NCBI GenBank assembly: GCA_028534125.1 | Contig: CM052818.1 | Span: forward strand, 39,744,001-39,808,000 | Direction of reading: 5' to 3' | Source of the DNA: Lama glama | Lineage: Eukaryota | DNA: 64,000 bases | Shown: piece by piece, positions 1 through 12,300 of the stretch | How the letters are laid out: each line of letters starts with the position of its first letter | How positions within the stretch are numbered: position 1 is the stretch's first letter | Program-made: the position numbers and the translations under genes | The notes under the pieces: model-generated | Told to the model about the DNA's origin: nothing | Database searches by the model: none | Seen by the model: the letters and a program-made list of their open reading frames with translations, nothing else

Positions 1-934
1 ACCACACAACAGAGCTCCTGAAATCACTCCAGTTGTGTCAGCAATGGAAATCGTGGGTCCTTCCCATCAAACCAGGGTATGCACTGGACTTGAGGAAAGC
101 CGTATGAACACTTTCTAAGAGGTTTGTACGTTACCGCATCTCTACGCCATAGGTGATTAAAATTGATAGTACTTGTCTAGGACACTTCGCATAGCTTTTA
201 AAATTAATAAGACATGTAAAGTGGCATGTTCATTAATAGGCATGTAAATAGACCAAAAAATCCCTTCTTTTTAACCAAAATAAAATTGGAAAGTACTGTC
301 AAAATGAAAGAAAAACATAAAAATGGAACCCTATTGGTTAGCAGCTTAAGTCATGACCCAAGTAACACAGGGTGTTTCGGGCCAGCTGTTCAGACTGCTT
401 CTGTGTGGAGAATTCCCACCATCAAACCTACTACAAAATCTGGAACGTGCAGAGCGCACGGGCAAACAGAAACTCAGCACTTAGCCTATTTAGCTCCTTC
501 TCCTTCCAGCAACACTCAGAACAAACTATGGACTGAAAACAAGGACGACCAGGTGATGTCAGAGGTGTCCCCCCCCCCTTTACCCCAAGTGCGATCAGGC
601 CTCCAGCACAGAGGCTAATTCCCACGTGCCTGAAGCTGCACATCCCTGTGGCCTCTGCTTGACCTAACTTCCGAGGTTATCTTTGCTGGCTGGTTCTCTC
701 CTGGGCCTCCCTCTGTTGTCTCAGTGGAGAAAAGTGACTTTTTTCCCCTCTGTGGGCTGAGATGGGTATTTTTCTCAAGACCCAGGATGGCTCACTCACT
801 TGGATAAATGCTGCATGTTGGTAGCATGGGAGCCTCGTATGTGATGTGAGTGGCGGGAAACCCAAGCATCGCCCCCAAATCCCTCATCATCCCAGGGCAC
901 CAAGTGGATCCTAAAGTTGTGGCATTGAGAGGGC

Positions 935-1010
935 TTGATGATGATCAAGTCCAGTCCTCTTCCTTTACAGGTAAGGAAAACGAGGTTTACAACATGAAAA
1001 ACTTAACAAG
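935..1010. mobile_element. MIR-family SINE fragment
   Basis: AGTCCAGTCCTCTTCCTTTACAGGTAAGGAAAACGAGG resembles the MIR core (TTTTACAGATGAGGAAACTGAGG). Confidence 0.45.
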
Positions 1011-1147
1011 TGTGAACTGCTTTCATGAAGAGCCTTTTCTTTGACGCTGGATAACTTTTTAGTCCTTGAAATCCTGAGCAAAACCAGGATGCCATGGGGC
1101 AGACTCCTACTTTACCAGTGATGCTCACTGTACGTGCACTCAAAAGA

Positions 1148-1770
1148 CCAGTGGTATCCCAGTCAGCTGTGGAGCTTTTCAAACGTGCAGGCTCTCACGG
1201 CCCACAGCAGACCTCCTAAATCAGAAATGCTGAGGGTGGGGCCTGGGAATCTGCACTGTGAAAACTCAGCGTGACTCCAAGGCACGGAAATTTTTCCTAA
1301 TTTTATTTTTTATTGAAGTGTCGTTGATTTACAACATTAGTTTCAGGTGTATAGCAAAACAATTCAGTTACACATATATGTGTATATATATATGTATAAC
1401 ATATACATTTATATACAGACACACACGCATATTTTCAGATTGTTTTCCATTGTAGCTTATTATAAGAAATTTTTAAAAAAAGAAATTGAATATAGTTTCC
1501 TGTGCTAGAGAGTAGGTCCTTGTTGTTTATCTATTTTATATATAGTAGTGTGTATCTGTCAATCCCAAACTCCTAATTTATCCCTCTTCCTCATTCCCCT
1601 TTGGTAACCACAGTTTATTTTCTCTGTCCATAAGTCTTATTTCTGGTTTGTAAATAAAATTTGTATCTCTTTTTAGAGTCCACATATAAGTGATACCATA
1701 TGATATTTGTCTTTCTCTGTCTGACTTACTTCACTTAATATGATGTGGTATAGAATTTTGAAAAGCACTT
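1148..1770. mobile_element. MER5-like hAT-Charlie DNA transposon relic, interrupted by an L1
   Basis: CAGACCTCCTAAATCAGAAATGCTGAGGGTGGGGCCTGGGAATCTGCA matches the MER5A core as I recall it, and the terminus-like TTTTGAAAAGCACT reappears at ~1756-1769 after the L1. Confidence 0.6.
1291..1745 (-). mobile_element. LINE-1 3' end (5'-truncated)
   Basis: T-rich tail followed by TTTTTATTGAAGTG...TTTCAGGTGTATAGCAAA...CACATATAAGTGATACCATA...TCTGACTTACTTCACTTAATATGA, a typical antisense L1 3' UTR. Confidence 0.9.
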
Positions 1771-3637
1771 TCTTGAACCAATAACACGTTAACTGTTGGT
1801 TATCACTCCAGCAAGAATTAGCGAGCTGACTACCTCTTAAACTGAGCTGCAGGTGGCAGCAGGGGGAGGTTGCCAGTCCTCCCTTTCCTCAGTGGGTGGC
1901 CTTTGTACCCAGTAGACTGAGATTGAAACGCTCTGTGTCAGCATCCTGATGAGGGCACCACGCTTTCCATCAGTTGTTGCCTGTGCAGGAGCCTGAGCAT
2001 TGAGAACCCAGCTTTTCCCATTCATTTAGGTTTGGTGGCCTTCTGCAGCTCCCCCTGGCCATCTTCTCAGAAAATTAAGAAAGACCAAGCCTTGCTATCG
2101 TACATGGCTTATCCTTTTTAAGATAAATCTCCTGAAGTGTTTGTTACAGATGGAATTTTTGGCAAACCAGGTCATGATTCCAGAAATTCTTTATCTGGAA
2201 CACATTGATAATCATGCTCTAGTTTTAAGTTTTCTCTGCATTTCCTTATCGTTGCCATGCGATATGCAAACGAGTGCCCAAATACACCAAAGGAACTCAA
2301 CCATTAGTCATTTTGAAGTGAAAAATCATGGGCTAATATAGGTCCCTTTTTTGAACTTTGGATTTGCTCACAGTGGTTCTGCAAATGCTTTTCTCTTCAG
2401 AGGAACGGTTCTCATGTGGGGAATTGGAGGTATGACCAGCAAACGGACTTGCCTGGAGTCACCTGGGAATAAAAGAAGCTATGGTGGGAGCTGGCATTCT
2501 AAGTGCCAGCTGAGACCAGGGAGGATGCCCACCTGGCCTTGATGCTGGCTGAACAGGGTCCTGCTCTGTGCAGACACCCTGCTACGCTGTGATGTGGCTC
2601 AGATCCATGAGTATCACTCCTTCTCCTCCCGAGCCTAACTTCACAGAAATCAGAGAAACGAAGGTTCTTCTAGCAGATGGGGTGGCCCTCTCCTAGCTTG
2701 CCTGTCACTTTGGATTTGCCCAAGGAGCAAATATCACAGAGCACCCTCAATTCCAGTCTCTCAGCCCACCCCATACTCCTCACAGCCGGGGCTTGGGCTT
2801 CACTTACACCTGGTGGAGGGACACCCTTTTTCAGAGCTGTATCTGGGTGCCTTCCAAGTTCCCACGGGCGGTTGCTTCTCTCCCTTTTGGGTCACTACTT
2901 TGGGGACCCAACACTTCTTCAATGTGACAGTCTGAATGCAGGAAGACCCCTGCCGTAAACACTAAAGAGGCAGAAGCCCCCATCCCCTTCCATCAAGTCA
3001 ATGTCATTATCCATGCATCAGGGTGAGGCACCCCTGGGCTTCAAATTACATAGGGAGTGTTGGTGGCCTTAGCTGTTCTTTGGAATGTCTAAGTCAGGTC
3101 CCTTCCCTTTCCACCTCTCATTGCAAACACTTTTCCCAGAGGAACTGGGAAACCCTGTATCTCTTGCTGGAGCAGAGAATGATGGGTGGCAGGGAGCAGA
3201 GTCCTTCTCTGACAGCCTGGAGCAGGGGCAGGGGCAGGGGCAGGGAGTCTTGTCTTTCCCTCAGTCCCTAGCTTCTTTTCTCTGCACATGAGCTCAAGCC
3301 TTTGCTCCAAGGAGTGCTGTAACAGTCTTGGAATAATCGGTCTTGGAAAGCAATTTCAGCCTGTTTTCTTCCTCATTAGAAATTGTGCAATTTCAGCTCT
3401 AAACTTCCCAGGGTGTCTGCAAGGAGCGTTGCAAAGAAGGTGGGTAAAGGCCTGTGAAAGCAGCACAGCTGAAGCTCCCAAGGATCTCCGACACCCTGTT
3501 TTCTTTTGTAGACAAAGGACAGACCAAAGAGCATGTGAACAGGTGTATTTTTACGACTTTTCTCTTGCAGTCTCTATACCGAAAGCTAGAGCTTTGATGA
3601 CAAGGGAAAGAGAACATGCAGCTTTGCTGAACTTGTA

Positions 3638-3961
3638 AAACAGAGTAGAATCCTGGTTATGGGGGGCTGGGGGTTAGGGGAATTGTGGAGATGTTAAGGG
3701 TATAAACTTGCAACTATTAGGTAAGTTCTGGAGATGCATCGTGACTATAGTCAACAATACTGTATTATAAACTCCAAAGTTGCTAAGAAACTAGATCTCA
3801 ATTGTTCTCACCACAAAAAAGAAACACTGATCATGTGAAGTGATAGAGGTGTTGACTAGCCAGGGTTTGGTGGTGGTAATCATATTGCAGTAACTCTTTG
3901 TACACATTAAACTTACACAATGTTACATGTCAATTAGACCTCAGTAAAAATTAAAAAAAAA
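3638..3961 (+). mobile_element. LINE-1 (L1MA/L1MB-type) 3' end
   Basis: AACAGAGTAGAA...GTGACTATAGTCAACAATACTGTATT...TTGCTAAGAAACTAGATCT...TGTTCTCACCACAAAAAA...AAACTTACACAATGTTA followed by an A-rich tail. Confidence 0.85.
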
Positions 3962-4079
3962 TTAAGTTGCAGCTTTATACCCTTGTTTCTCTTCAGATCG
4001 TATAAATCTTTCACCTTTTAACGTTGCAGCTTTGATGCCAAGGAGTAGAGAGCGTCCAGCTCAAGTATTCCGTGGGGAA

Positions 4080-4920
4080 TTCGAGGAAGGAAGGAGCAGG
4101 AAAGGACCTGGAGTCCGGTAGCCTGGGAAGAAGGAGGGAAAGGGTGGGAAGCATCGCGAGTTTCAGGGAACCCGATTCACAGAAGCAAGCTCCCTCTCCC
4201 CATTCCTTTAGTTCTTCAGAAAGCCGAGTGGGCATCCTGGGAGGGGCGAGGTACCGAGGAGCGAGCGCCCAGCTGGGAAGGGATCGCGCAAGAGTCCGAA
4301 CCTCCTCACCTCGAGGGAGCCACCTGGCAGGTAGCGCTAACCCAGCTCTGAGAGTGTAGAAAAGTTTAACGGTAGATTCTCGTTCATTGTTTTTCCCAGG
4401 ACCGGAAACGAATGGTGGTTTGGTGGTAGATCATTGCCGAGGATTTCGGATTATTAAAAACAAAACAAAACCCTCCCAGGCTCTCACAAATCTGGAGCAG
4501 GGAAAACAGAAACCGTGTTTCTTCTTTGGAAGGGCAAGAAGGTGTGTAGTTTTAAACGAGTAAATGCGAATTTCGTAACTCAAAAAAGTACATTTAAAGA
4601 AGGGAGGGGAACTCTCAGTTATGGTTAGGGACAACTGGATTTGAGACTTTTCAAGGAAGGGGCACCGGGAGATGTCACTTACTCACCAGCAGGTGGCGCG
4701 TTTTCTTTAGGATTGCGGCCCCAAATCTCTGGATAAAAAACATCGCAGCCAGACTTGCTCCGAGATCCCTCACCGGAAATCGCTATGCAGATAATAACCC
4801 TCCAGTGTCTGGAAATTAATTACCGCGAACGCTCATTCTTCCAGCGCCGACCGCCGCCTGTGTAGCCGGTCAAAGACGTAGCGCCGCGGGTGTAGTAAGG
4901 TAATTCTGTCCGCAGGGTTC
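4080..4920. promoter_or_regulatory. Upstream CpG-rich region (weak island)
   Basis: CpG retention at ~4080-4450 and ~4820-4920 in otherwise CpG-poor DNA. Confidence 0.5.
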
Positions 4921-5939
4921 CCCCCTGACTATACATAATTCCGTTAAAATAACTTTTCTTCATCATCTGCAGTTTGATTAGACACTGTGTCCTTTCTAAT
5001 ACATTTATTTCCACCTTCGGATAAAAAGCAAATTCAGTAATCTCAGAACGTAGATCTGTCGAAAGTAATTCTAGCAACTCATATTTGTACAAAAAGTAAA
5101 GACTGACCACAGCTTCTGCACACATTTCACAGTTGATCCTCACAATTTAAGGCGTGATTTTCATTCCATTTTACCGGTGATAGTGTGGCCAGAGTTCATG
5201 AAATTCCACAGGAATTTTCGTGCTTCCTAAGTCTTCTCGTAAACCAAGGGTAGATATATATGCATGTGTGAATTGTTTTATTTATTAAGGTGACAAATAG
5301 TTACAAGATACTTATGTGCTCATAAAGATCTCAGGAAACGGGAACTGCCTGGGAAAACAGCTCACTTTCCCTTTCAGTTTTGATACTGTAACTTGCCTGT
5401 CGCTGTCACAATAAACACTGGCGCTTGGGTTCACCTGGGATCTATTCTCCTAAGACCCTGGAGTTGCTTGTACCTTATCAGAGCGTGTTATCTGCACAAG
5501 TGTGGGTGGATGTTGTGTTACATACCTCCCCGCTTAAAAACTTCCCGCAAAGCTGGATTTTGATCTGATTGATCGTAATGGTTCCAGAGGAACTATTGAG
5601 CCATTACAATCCATCATCTAAATGATTACAGAGGGATACCTAAATCTCTTGGTTATTTGAAAGCTCTACATGCTTAAAGGGGGGTCAAATGAGCAGACCC
5701 CCAGTTGTCCACAAAGTAGTTACAGGAAAGCTTGCGCTGGAAGCAAAAGTTCGCAAGTACTAAGTAAATTTCATTTTTTAAAAAATGAGGTCACTTTAGT
5801 GTGGTTGGGAAGTGAGGAGAGGTGAGGTTCATTTTTTATCCAAAAACACCCCAGAGCAAAATGGGCCACGTTCTAGTTAATTTTCTGGAAACTGCTCAAT
5901 GTTCACTCCAAAGCCAGGTTGGGGCACTTTCCTTCCCAG

Positions 5940-6510
5940 CAAGCAGGAGTCGGGAGAGGGTCTGGGGTTGGGGCCGGGAGTCCCACCCACAGAGGCTGTC
6001 ACCAACCCAGACTTGCCCAGGAAAGGCAGCAGCGGCGAGGGCTCCCTCCGCGGCTGGGGACAGTACAGCCAACGACTCGGTGCCGCGGGCCGGCCCGAGT
6101 ATCGTTCCATGCTGGACCCCACCGGCACTAGTGGCGACTAACTCGGACCGGGAGGCCTGGTCACTCCCATGGGGGCATTTCCTCAAGGCTGCTCGGTCCC
6201 AGACTCCGGCGCCCGCGATTCCTCCCGGCAGGCGGCAAGCGATGAGTAGGGGAGCCGTAAGGAACAGTGACAGAGTTTGCGCGGGGTCTGGTCCCCAGAT
6301 GGAGCCCGCAGGTTCAAAGTGAGCAGAGGCTGCAGCCGCGGGAGGCGACTGCGCTGGACGCCCACGAATGGGATGGGCGATCAGACTGGAGTTTTGCCAC
6401 CTTCACTGGGCTCCGAGGCCACAGGGCGATTGGGTCCAACAGACCGAGGACGTTTACCACATTCGAACGTCCTTGTGAAATTCTAAATGAATCTGCCTTC
6501 GCTGAAAAGT
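5940..6510. promoter_or_regulatory. Upstream CpG island
   Basis: GC-rich and CpG-dense, e.g. GCGGCGAGGG, GCCGCGGGCCGGCCCG, CCGGCGCCCGCG. Confidence 0.7.
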
Positions 6511-8800
6511 AACCTGGTAGCCCTTAGGTGTCCTGAGTCTTGCTCTCCTCAGTCTATCTAAGCTGCAGTCCAGGTGCAGTGTGGCAATATGGACCCAGCT
6601 TAGTCTGATCAACTTCTAATGAGGGAGGGGATGCCCCCTTTGCACCCCTCGCACAGAGCAGCAGAGGGTTTCTTGGCTTCTTGGGTTTCTTTCTGCATGT
6701 GGGTCCAGAGGGAGCTAGGATCTGATCGGTCTCCACTGGAGACTGAGGTCAGGGTTTTGGGCTCACCCTCCTTGGGAGCACAGATTGGGATGGAGGACTC
6801 TCCAGCAATTAGCAAATCTTGGAATTTGTTATCCTGGTTGTCTGGGGTTGTTCAGTGTCCGAGACTAGAAGGAATGTCCTTGAAGCCAGGTGTCTGAAAC
6901 AGGCCCAAGGCTGGGCGATGCCACTGTCCTGCACCTCTCTCTCATCTTGTCCTGTCATACCTTGCAGACCAGCTCCAGTGGAGGCCACCCGAGAGGCAAA
7001 ACCTGAGAGGCTGGGCCATGAGGGGCCAACTCCAGCCTTGCATTCCCATCTTGCCCTACACCTGCTAAGTTTCTGGATTTGGCCTGAGTCAGGGTCAGTT
7101 TTCCAAATAACCTGGCAAAAGTGGCATTAAACAACCTGGTTGCATGACCCTTTCTTTAGGATCCCTAAATACTCTCTCCAAGAGCTCTTTATGGATCCCA
7201 CTTTTGTGGAGATTTCTAGAAGTCTTTGAGACATGTTGGCCAAGGGCCCTGATTCAGAGGAAGGCAAATGAAAAGACGGAGGAAGCACAATTACATGTGT
7301 GGAGGTCTGAGCAAGAGATGGGGTTTGTAAACCACAGAAGGCTCCATCCTCTTTGAATGTCTTCTTCTTAGGGAACATTTCCCATGTGATCTGGACAGCC
7401 AGATGCCCCACTGTGAAAGACTCTGGATTTTTCATTGCTGGTAATGAAAGCTCCCAAGCTTTGTCTCCTAGGAGAGCCTGAGACTAGTGCATACAGATTC
7501 CCTGGCCCAAAGTCCCACTACCATCCAAGAATGCCCTGCTGGACTTTCCTTCCAGGCCTTCCTCTGCTCTTGGAACTTGCTGCCTTGGAATCTCAGGAAA
7601 GGGAGTGATCTCAGCTCCCTCTGTTCCCAGGGGGCCTCCCAAGGGCCAGAATGTCTCCCCATGCTGGCAGTTACTAGGATTCCAGCAGCACAGGCAAATT
7701 GATATGGGTCCCTCACTCTAGCACTAACCTGTGGCAGGGGGTGAGTGCAGTCCCTTGGGGCAAAGGCTGCACCCCTTTTTCCTCTTCCCTGCCCAAGCCA
7801 AAGTTGCCTAGGAGCTGGAGGCCAGGTTCTGTTCTAAAGGTCTGGGGATAAGACCAGGATGCCTATTTCTTCTGGGGCCATTTCCAATTACCACTTCCGT
7901 AGGTCAGGGAATCAGGACTCTAAAAAAGTCAGCTCAGACTTGCAGACTGAAGCTGCACAAAGTGGACACAGTACCAATATGTTAGAGACGCACTAAGGCC
8001 AGGATCCAGACCTGAGGGCTCAGAGGGGTCACTGGGCAGCAGCCTTAGGCCAAACCCCAGGAGTGCAGTGGTGTAAATCTGGACCCACACAAGCTGGAAA
8101 GCCCAGCTCCTCCTCTGGGAACCCAGGGCCGCCTGTTCCCGAGAGGTGGCCAGGAGGGTTGTGGGCTGGGGTCAGCTAGAGGTCAGCGCTCAGAGCCAAG
8201 CAGTCAGGAGGGTACCAGCCCTCTCCCTAAAGCATAACCAGTGAAGACAGAATTTCTCGAAGCCAGAACTCTGACCCCGCTTAGATCCTAAACACCACTT
8301 GAACCAGCTCCTTGGACTCAAAGGTCCTGAAGCTGAAGAACTTTGCAGTTTGAATTGCGTGCCTGTGCTGCTCTCTTCAAGGAATGAGAGAACAAATGAA
8401 TGCATGATTAGAGGGTGTGGATGCTAGGTTTTGGGATCTAGGAAAATAACTTTCTTGACCTCCTCCCCCCACCCTCTGCCTCTGATCTTTCTGGCGAACT
8501 ACATAACCCAGGGTTTGGGGTCAGCCATGGGCATTGGGTTCTGGGTTACCATCCTAGCGCTGAGCAGTCTTGGATGTCCAGGAGCTGCTCCACACAAGTA
8601 GGGGTTTTGGTAGAAGAGGCTACCCTGCCGGGGCCAAACTGTGCTGGAGCGCAAGCTAAGGCGCAAGGATACCGATGCACCGCCCCCACCTCCCTGAACC
8701 TTGAACAGGCTGTGTCCTAGGCGCGCAGTAAGGGGATCTCGAAATGCGCGGTTTCAGCCCGATTTCATCTGCTAGAGGATGTTTCCTGTAGTGCTCCTGG

Positions 8801-8900
8801 NNNNNNNNNNNNNNNNNNNNNNNNNNNNNNNNNNNNNNNNNNNNNNNNNNNNNNNNNNNNNNNNNNNNNNNNNNNNNNNNNNNNNNNNNNNNNNNNNNNN
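8801..8900. other. Assembly gap (100 N)
   Basis: Run of exactly 100 N, a common placeholder for a gap of unknown size. Confidence 0.99.
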
Positions 8901-9090
8901 AAGTCGGCTGCCCGGGTCAGCAAAACTTTGTTTCTCGTGCGCAGGCGCAGGGCAGGATGGTTGGGGGGGGTGCGGCGTGGAGGGAGGGAGGAGAGGAATC
9001 CTGAGGCAAGGGGAGGGGGGAGGGGGGAGGGAGGAGGGAGGGTGGTGGATTAAAATAAGTAGGCGGCTCGGTGCTAAGGGGTGAGTGAGT
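8901..9090 (+). promoter_or_regulatory. OSR1 core promoter: G-run/polypurine tract and TATA-like element
   Basis: GGGGAGGGGGGAGGGGGGAGGGAGGAGGGAGGG at ~9010-9042, then TAAAATAAG at 9051-9059, inside a CpG island directly upstream of the exon 1 candidate. Confidence 0.65.
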
Positions 9091-9363
9091 CGCAGCTCCG
9101 TCTCTCCCCTGTACGTTCTCAGCGGCTCCGGGTTCAGACCCACCGTAGGAGCCGCGAGAGAGGTTCACCATCGCCGGGCCGACAGGACTCTGGGGCCGCA
9201 GAGCGCTCCCGCGTGTCGGGTGCTCCGAGTCCTAGCAGCCAGAGAGGGGCCGGGACTCTAGAGCTCCGGGGGTGCCTGTGGAATCCAGCGCCTCTGGCTT
9301 CCTGGGTCCCCCGCAGCGAGAGCCCCAGAGACGCGCTCAGCACCCGGACCACCGTGGAATAAG
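9085..9363 (+). other. OSR1: OSR1 non-coding exon 1 (5' UTR); start approximate
   Basis: GC-rich stretch with no ATG that I could see, ending in a good donor AAG|GTAACT at 9363/9364. It lies ~30 nt after a TATA-like TAAAATA and resembles the mammalian OSR1 5' UTR as I recall it. The TSS is inferred. Confidence 0.7.
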
Positions 9364-12300
9364 GTAACTGCAGCTCTGGGCACCCCGGCTTGGCTAGGGG
9401 AATGCGGGCAGGAATCCGGAGTCTCCTGTCACAGCGCGTCGGGTGTCTCCTCTCTCCATGTCTCGGAAAGAAGCTCCTCTTGCCTAACGAAGGCTGCAGC
9501 ACCTTTGTGAGAGTAAGAGCAGCTGCAGCCCAGGGTGGTTGAGGGTGCTGGCTCAGGGACTTCCCGCGCGGAGTCCTCGGCCTTTGACCCTGGGGGATGA
9601 GGGGGCGGGCCTCCACTACTGCCCCCAGCGCGGCGGGGCTTCGTGGAATCCCAGGCGAAGTGCCGTGGACTTAGGAAGTCAGCCTATGGGCCCCCTCTGA
9701 GAAACCTAAGCAACTTCTGCGGGCACAAACTTTCTCGAGACGCGCGCCTAGCTCAGCCTGACCTAACTTAGCTGACAAAGAAGGAAGAGAGAGTAGATGG
9801 ATGGCCACGGCCACAGCCGCCAGCGCCAGGGACAGGTGCATGCCCCAGCCGGGTCGCGCTTTCGTGCGAGTTTGACTTTTGCGGAGTTGCGCTCAGGTAT
9901 GGGGTCGGCTGGATCCGGGAGCGCAGGGCTGCGTGCCTGACCCCGCCTCGCACTTGCGCTCTGACTTCGGAGTGTTCTCTATCCGATGATTGCTCTGTGC
10001 GGTCAGGGCCTGGAGCGTAACGTGCGACTGTCCCCGCGAAAGGAAGAGTGCAGGGGGCGCGAAAACTACTTCCCAATTAAAGACCCGCACGCTGCAGTAG
10101 TGGAAACACTGTGGAGCCGCGGGTGTCCCCAGTTTCGGGCTTGGAAGGGAAGGATTCGTTTGCTCCCTTGACTGTCTCCCTTCAGGAGAATAGGTGGGAG
10201 CAGGAGGAGAGAGGGAAAGAGGTAAGGGGCTGCCTGCTGAACTGACTTCTCTCCTGAAACTTCTCTGATAAGAGAAATGAAAACTCACAGCAAGTCCCTT
10301 TTCAGCATCTCGGCTACTGGCGCGGCAGGCTCTTGGAGTATAGAGTAGCTGCGACGGTTTCTTTGTTGCCACAATTTGGTAAATTTCACCCGGGCTAAGA
10401 GCTGCGCGCTGGCTCTTGGGAACAGAAACCACGTGCAAGGCTAGTTAATCTCCCAGGTTCACGGTCTCCTAGAGAACAGGGGGCTGGCAAGGACGCGGGG
10501 GGCAGGGGGGCGGGTGTAGGGCGACCAGTGGGTAGATGTTCTACCCGAGGCTCCTTGAAGTAATTGCGGTTTCAATATGATTGGGCAGGAGATCGCTAAG
10601 GACGCAGTGGTCATTTAAATACAGCAGGGTGGCCGCCTAGCCGAAGGGTTCGTTCGATCTGTTCGTTGGGAGGATTAAACAGAAGTATCTCTTGCTGGTC
10701 AGTCCTCCCGCCGAGGGTCCAGACGCCTGTCACCGCGGTGATTCGATGTCAAGGATGATTTTCTGGGGCTGCTGCTGGGCTCCTCCAGGCGCAAGCTCGT
10801 GGAGCTTGCTCCGTCCTCATTAATGCAAGCAGTTAACTTGCTCACGCTCAATTAGCCCCGAATAAACCACTTTAATAGACTCTGCACACTTCATTAATGC
10901 CCGACATAGGGCTGGCGGCAGACCCGGGGTTGGCGCTCCACCGCAGAAGGTGTACAGTGTCTGCACCGCGTGGAGACCCGGGCTTGGAAGCGCGAATTGC
11001 GATTGTTGCGCTTAGTTGGCACCTTTACCCGGACCTTCCAGGTTCCGAGGTCCAAACTCCTTGCCGAATGGATGCCTGGCCTGGGGCCTGGGGAGAGGTG
11101 TTTCGTCTCGTGTTTAAAGATCTAAAGCGTTCACGCTGGGGTTCTGGGGTCAGGGCAACGGGAGCCAGCGGGGCTGGGCGTTTGCTCTTCCTCTCCGGCG
11201 GGAGAGGCGAGTGTGAGGCTGTGTTTTTCTCTTAGCTGACCGCCTGAAACCGGATCGTGCATTCGGCCCATTCTTGGTAATACTAGTGTAGAGAGCCACG
11301 TTTCGAACGAATTTCGTCCCCGGGAAAGTCGTTGGCGAGAGCCTGGGGAGCCCTGGCCTCGGAATGCGGCAGAAAATAAACTGGCTGCGCCGCTGAGGAA
11401 AATAAATTGAGTGTTGGGGGAAACAAGATCGGGCAGATAGCCCGGAAAGGTTGGCTCCCGAGAACAGTGTCGGCTGCAAGCCCCCCCTCTCTTTACGGAG
11501 CCCAAGGTCTTCTCCGTTCCCGGGGGTGGGCGAGGAAAGGCCAGGTTAGCACGTGCGGTTGGTGGGACCTCCCGCCCTGCAAGGAGCGGGCTCGGGCTGG
11601 GGCTCGGGCCCGGGTGCAGCCCAGCGTCCAGCCGCCATCGCCGGGGATGGGCCGAGCAGCTAGAGGAACCAGTGGAGGGCCCGGCGGCGCCCGGCGGGCC
11701 CCGGGGAGCCAGAGATAAGGATCTGATTTCCAGCGCCTGAAAGGGAAGGAGAGGTGACAGCAAATCAAAGAGTGCTCACCTCGCCTAAGTCTGGGCAGAC
11801 CTTTGAAGTCACCTCTTTATACCCCCTCCCCCTTCCCAACCCAAATAGGCTCCAGCTTTCTCTCTGACCCAATTCGAGTTTTGCTTCGCCGTGTCTCAGC
11901 GCTGTAGGATGGTTTCGGGTTGTCCCTGGTCCGACCCCTGATCCACACAGTAGAGAAGTGCGGAGGCCAGGGCACTGCGGCCTGGGTCTGAGCTCCCAGA
12001 TTTGTGCCTCCCTTAGTCTGGAGGCTGCATTAATTGCTGCGGTCTGACTTGGTTTTTATTCGACTGCTACTTTAACCTGCACAAGCAAATCTCTGTGGGC
12101 TCTCGGTGTTTTGCACCCTCTACCCATGGCTAAACCTCTTTCCTGACCTCCCACCACACAGCGAGTTGACCTTCCCCAGGGTTTCCAAGGGAAAGGGTTT
12201 CTCGGTCAAAATTGTCCTCTCTCTTCCGGGGAACAGCACAGCACTGCCCTCTCATTAAAAGCTTCCCAGTAGTGAGAGGCAGCTGAGTCTAGGCCTGAGC

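Larger units (their letters stand above)
8620..11900. promoter_or_regulatory. CpG island over the OSR1 promoter, exon 1 and the 5' part of intron 1
   Basis: Visibly high GC and CpG density (many CGCG/GCGC/CCGG) compared with CpG-depleted flanks; not computed. Confidence 0.8.

Noticed and set aside
1893..1901. GLI-like site TGGGTGGCC
   Set aside because: A single 9-mer variant without clustering or conservation evidence; expected by chance in 64 kb.
9134..11768. Several 100-210 aa ORFs in the promoter/intron 1 CpG island
   Set aside because: Pro/Arg/Gly/Ala-rich frames expected from stop-codon scarcity in GC-rich DNA, with no family resemblance.
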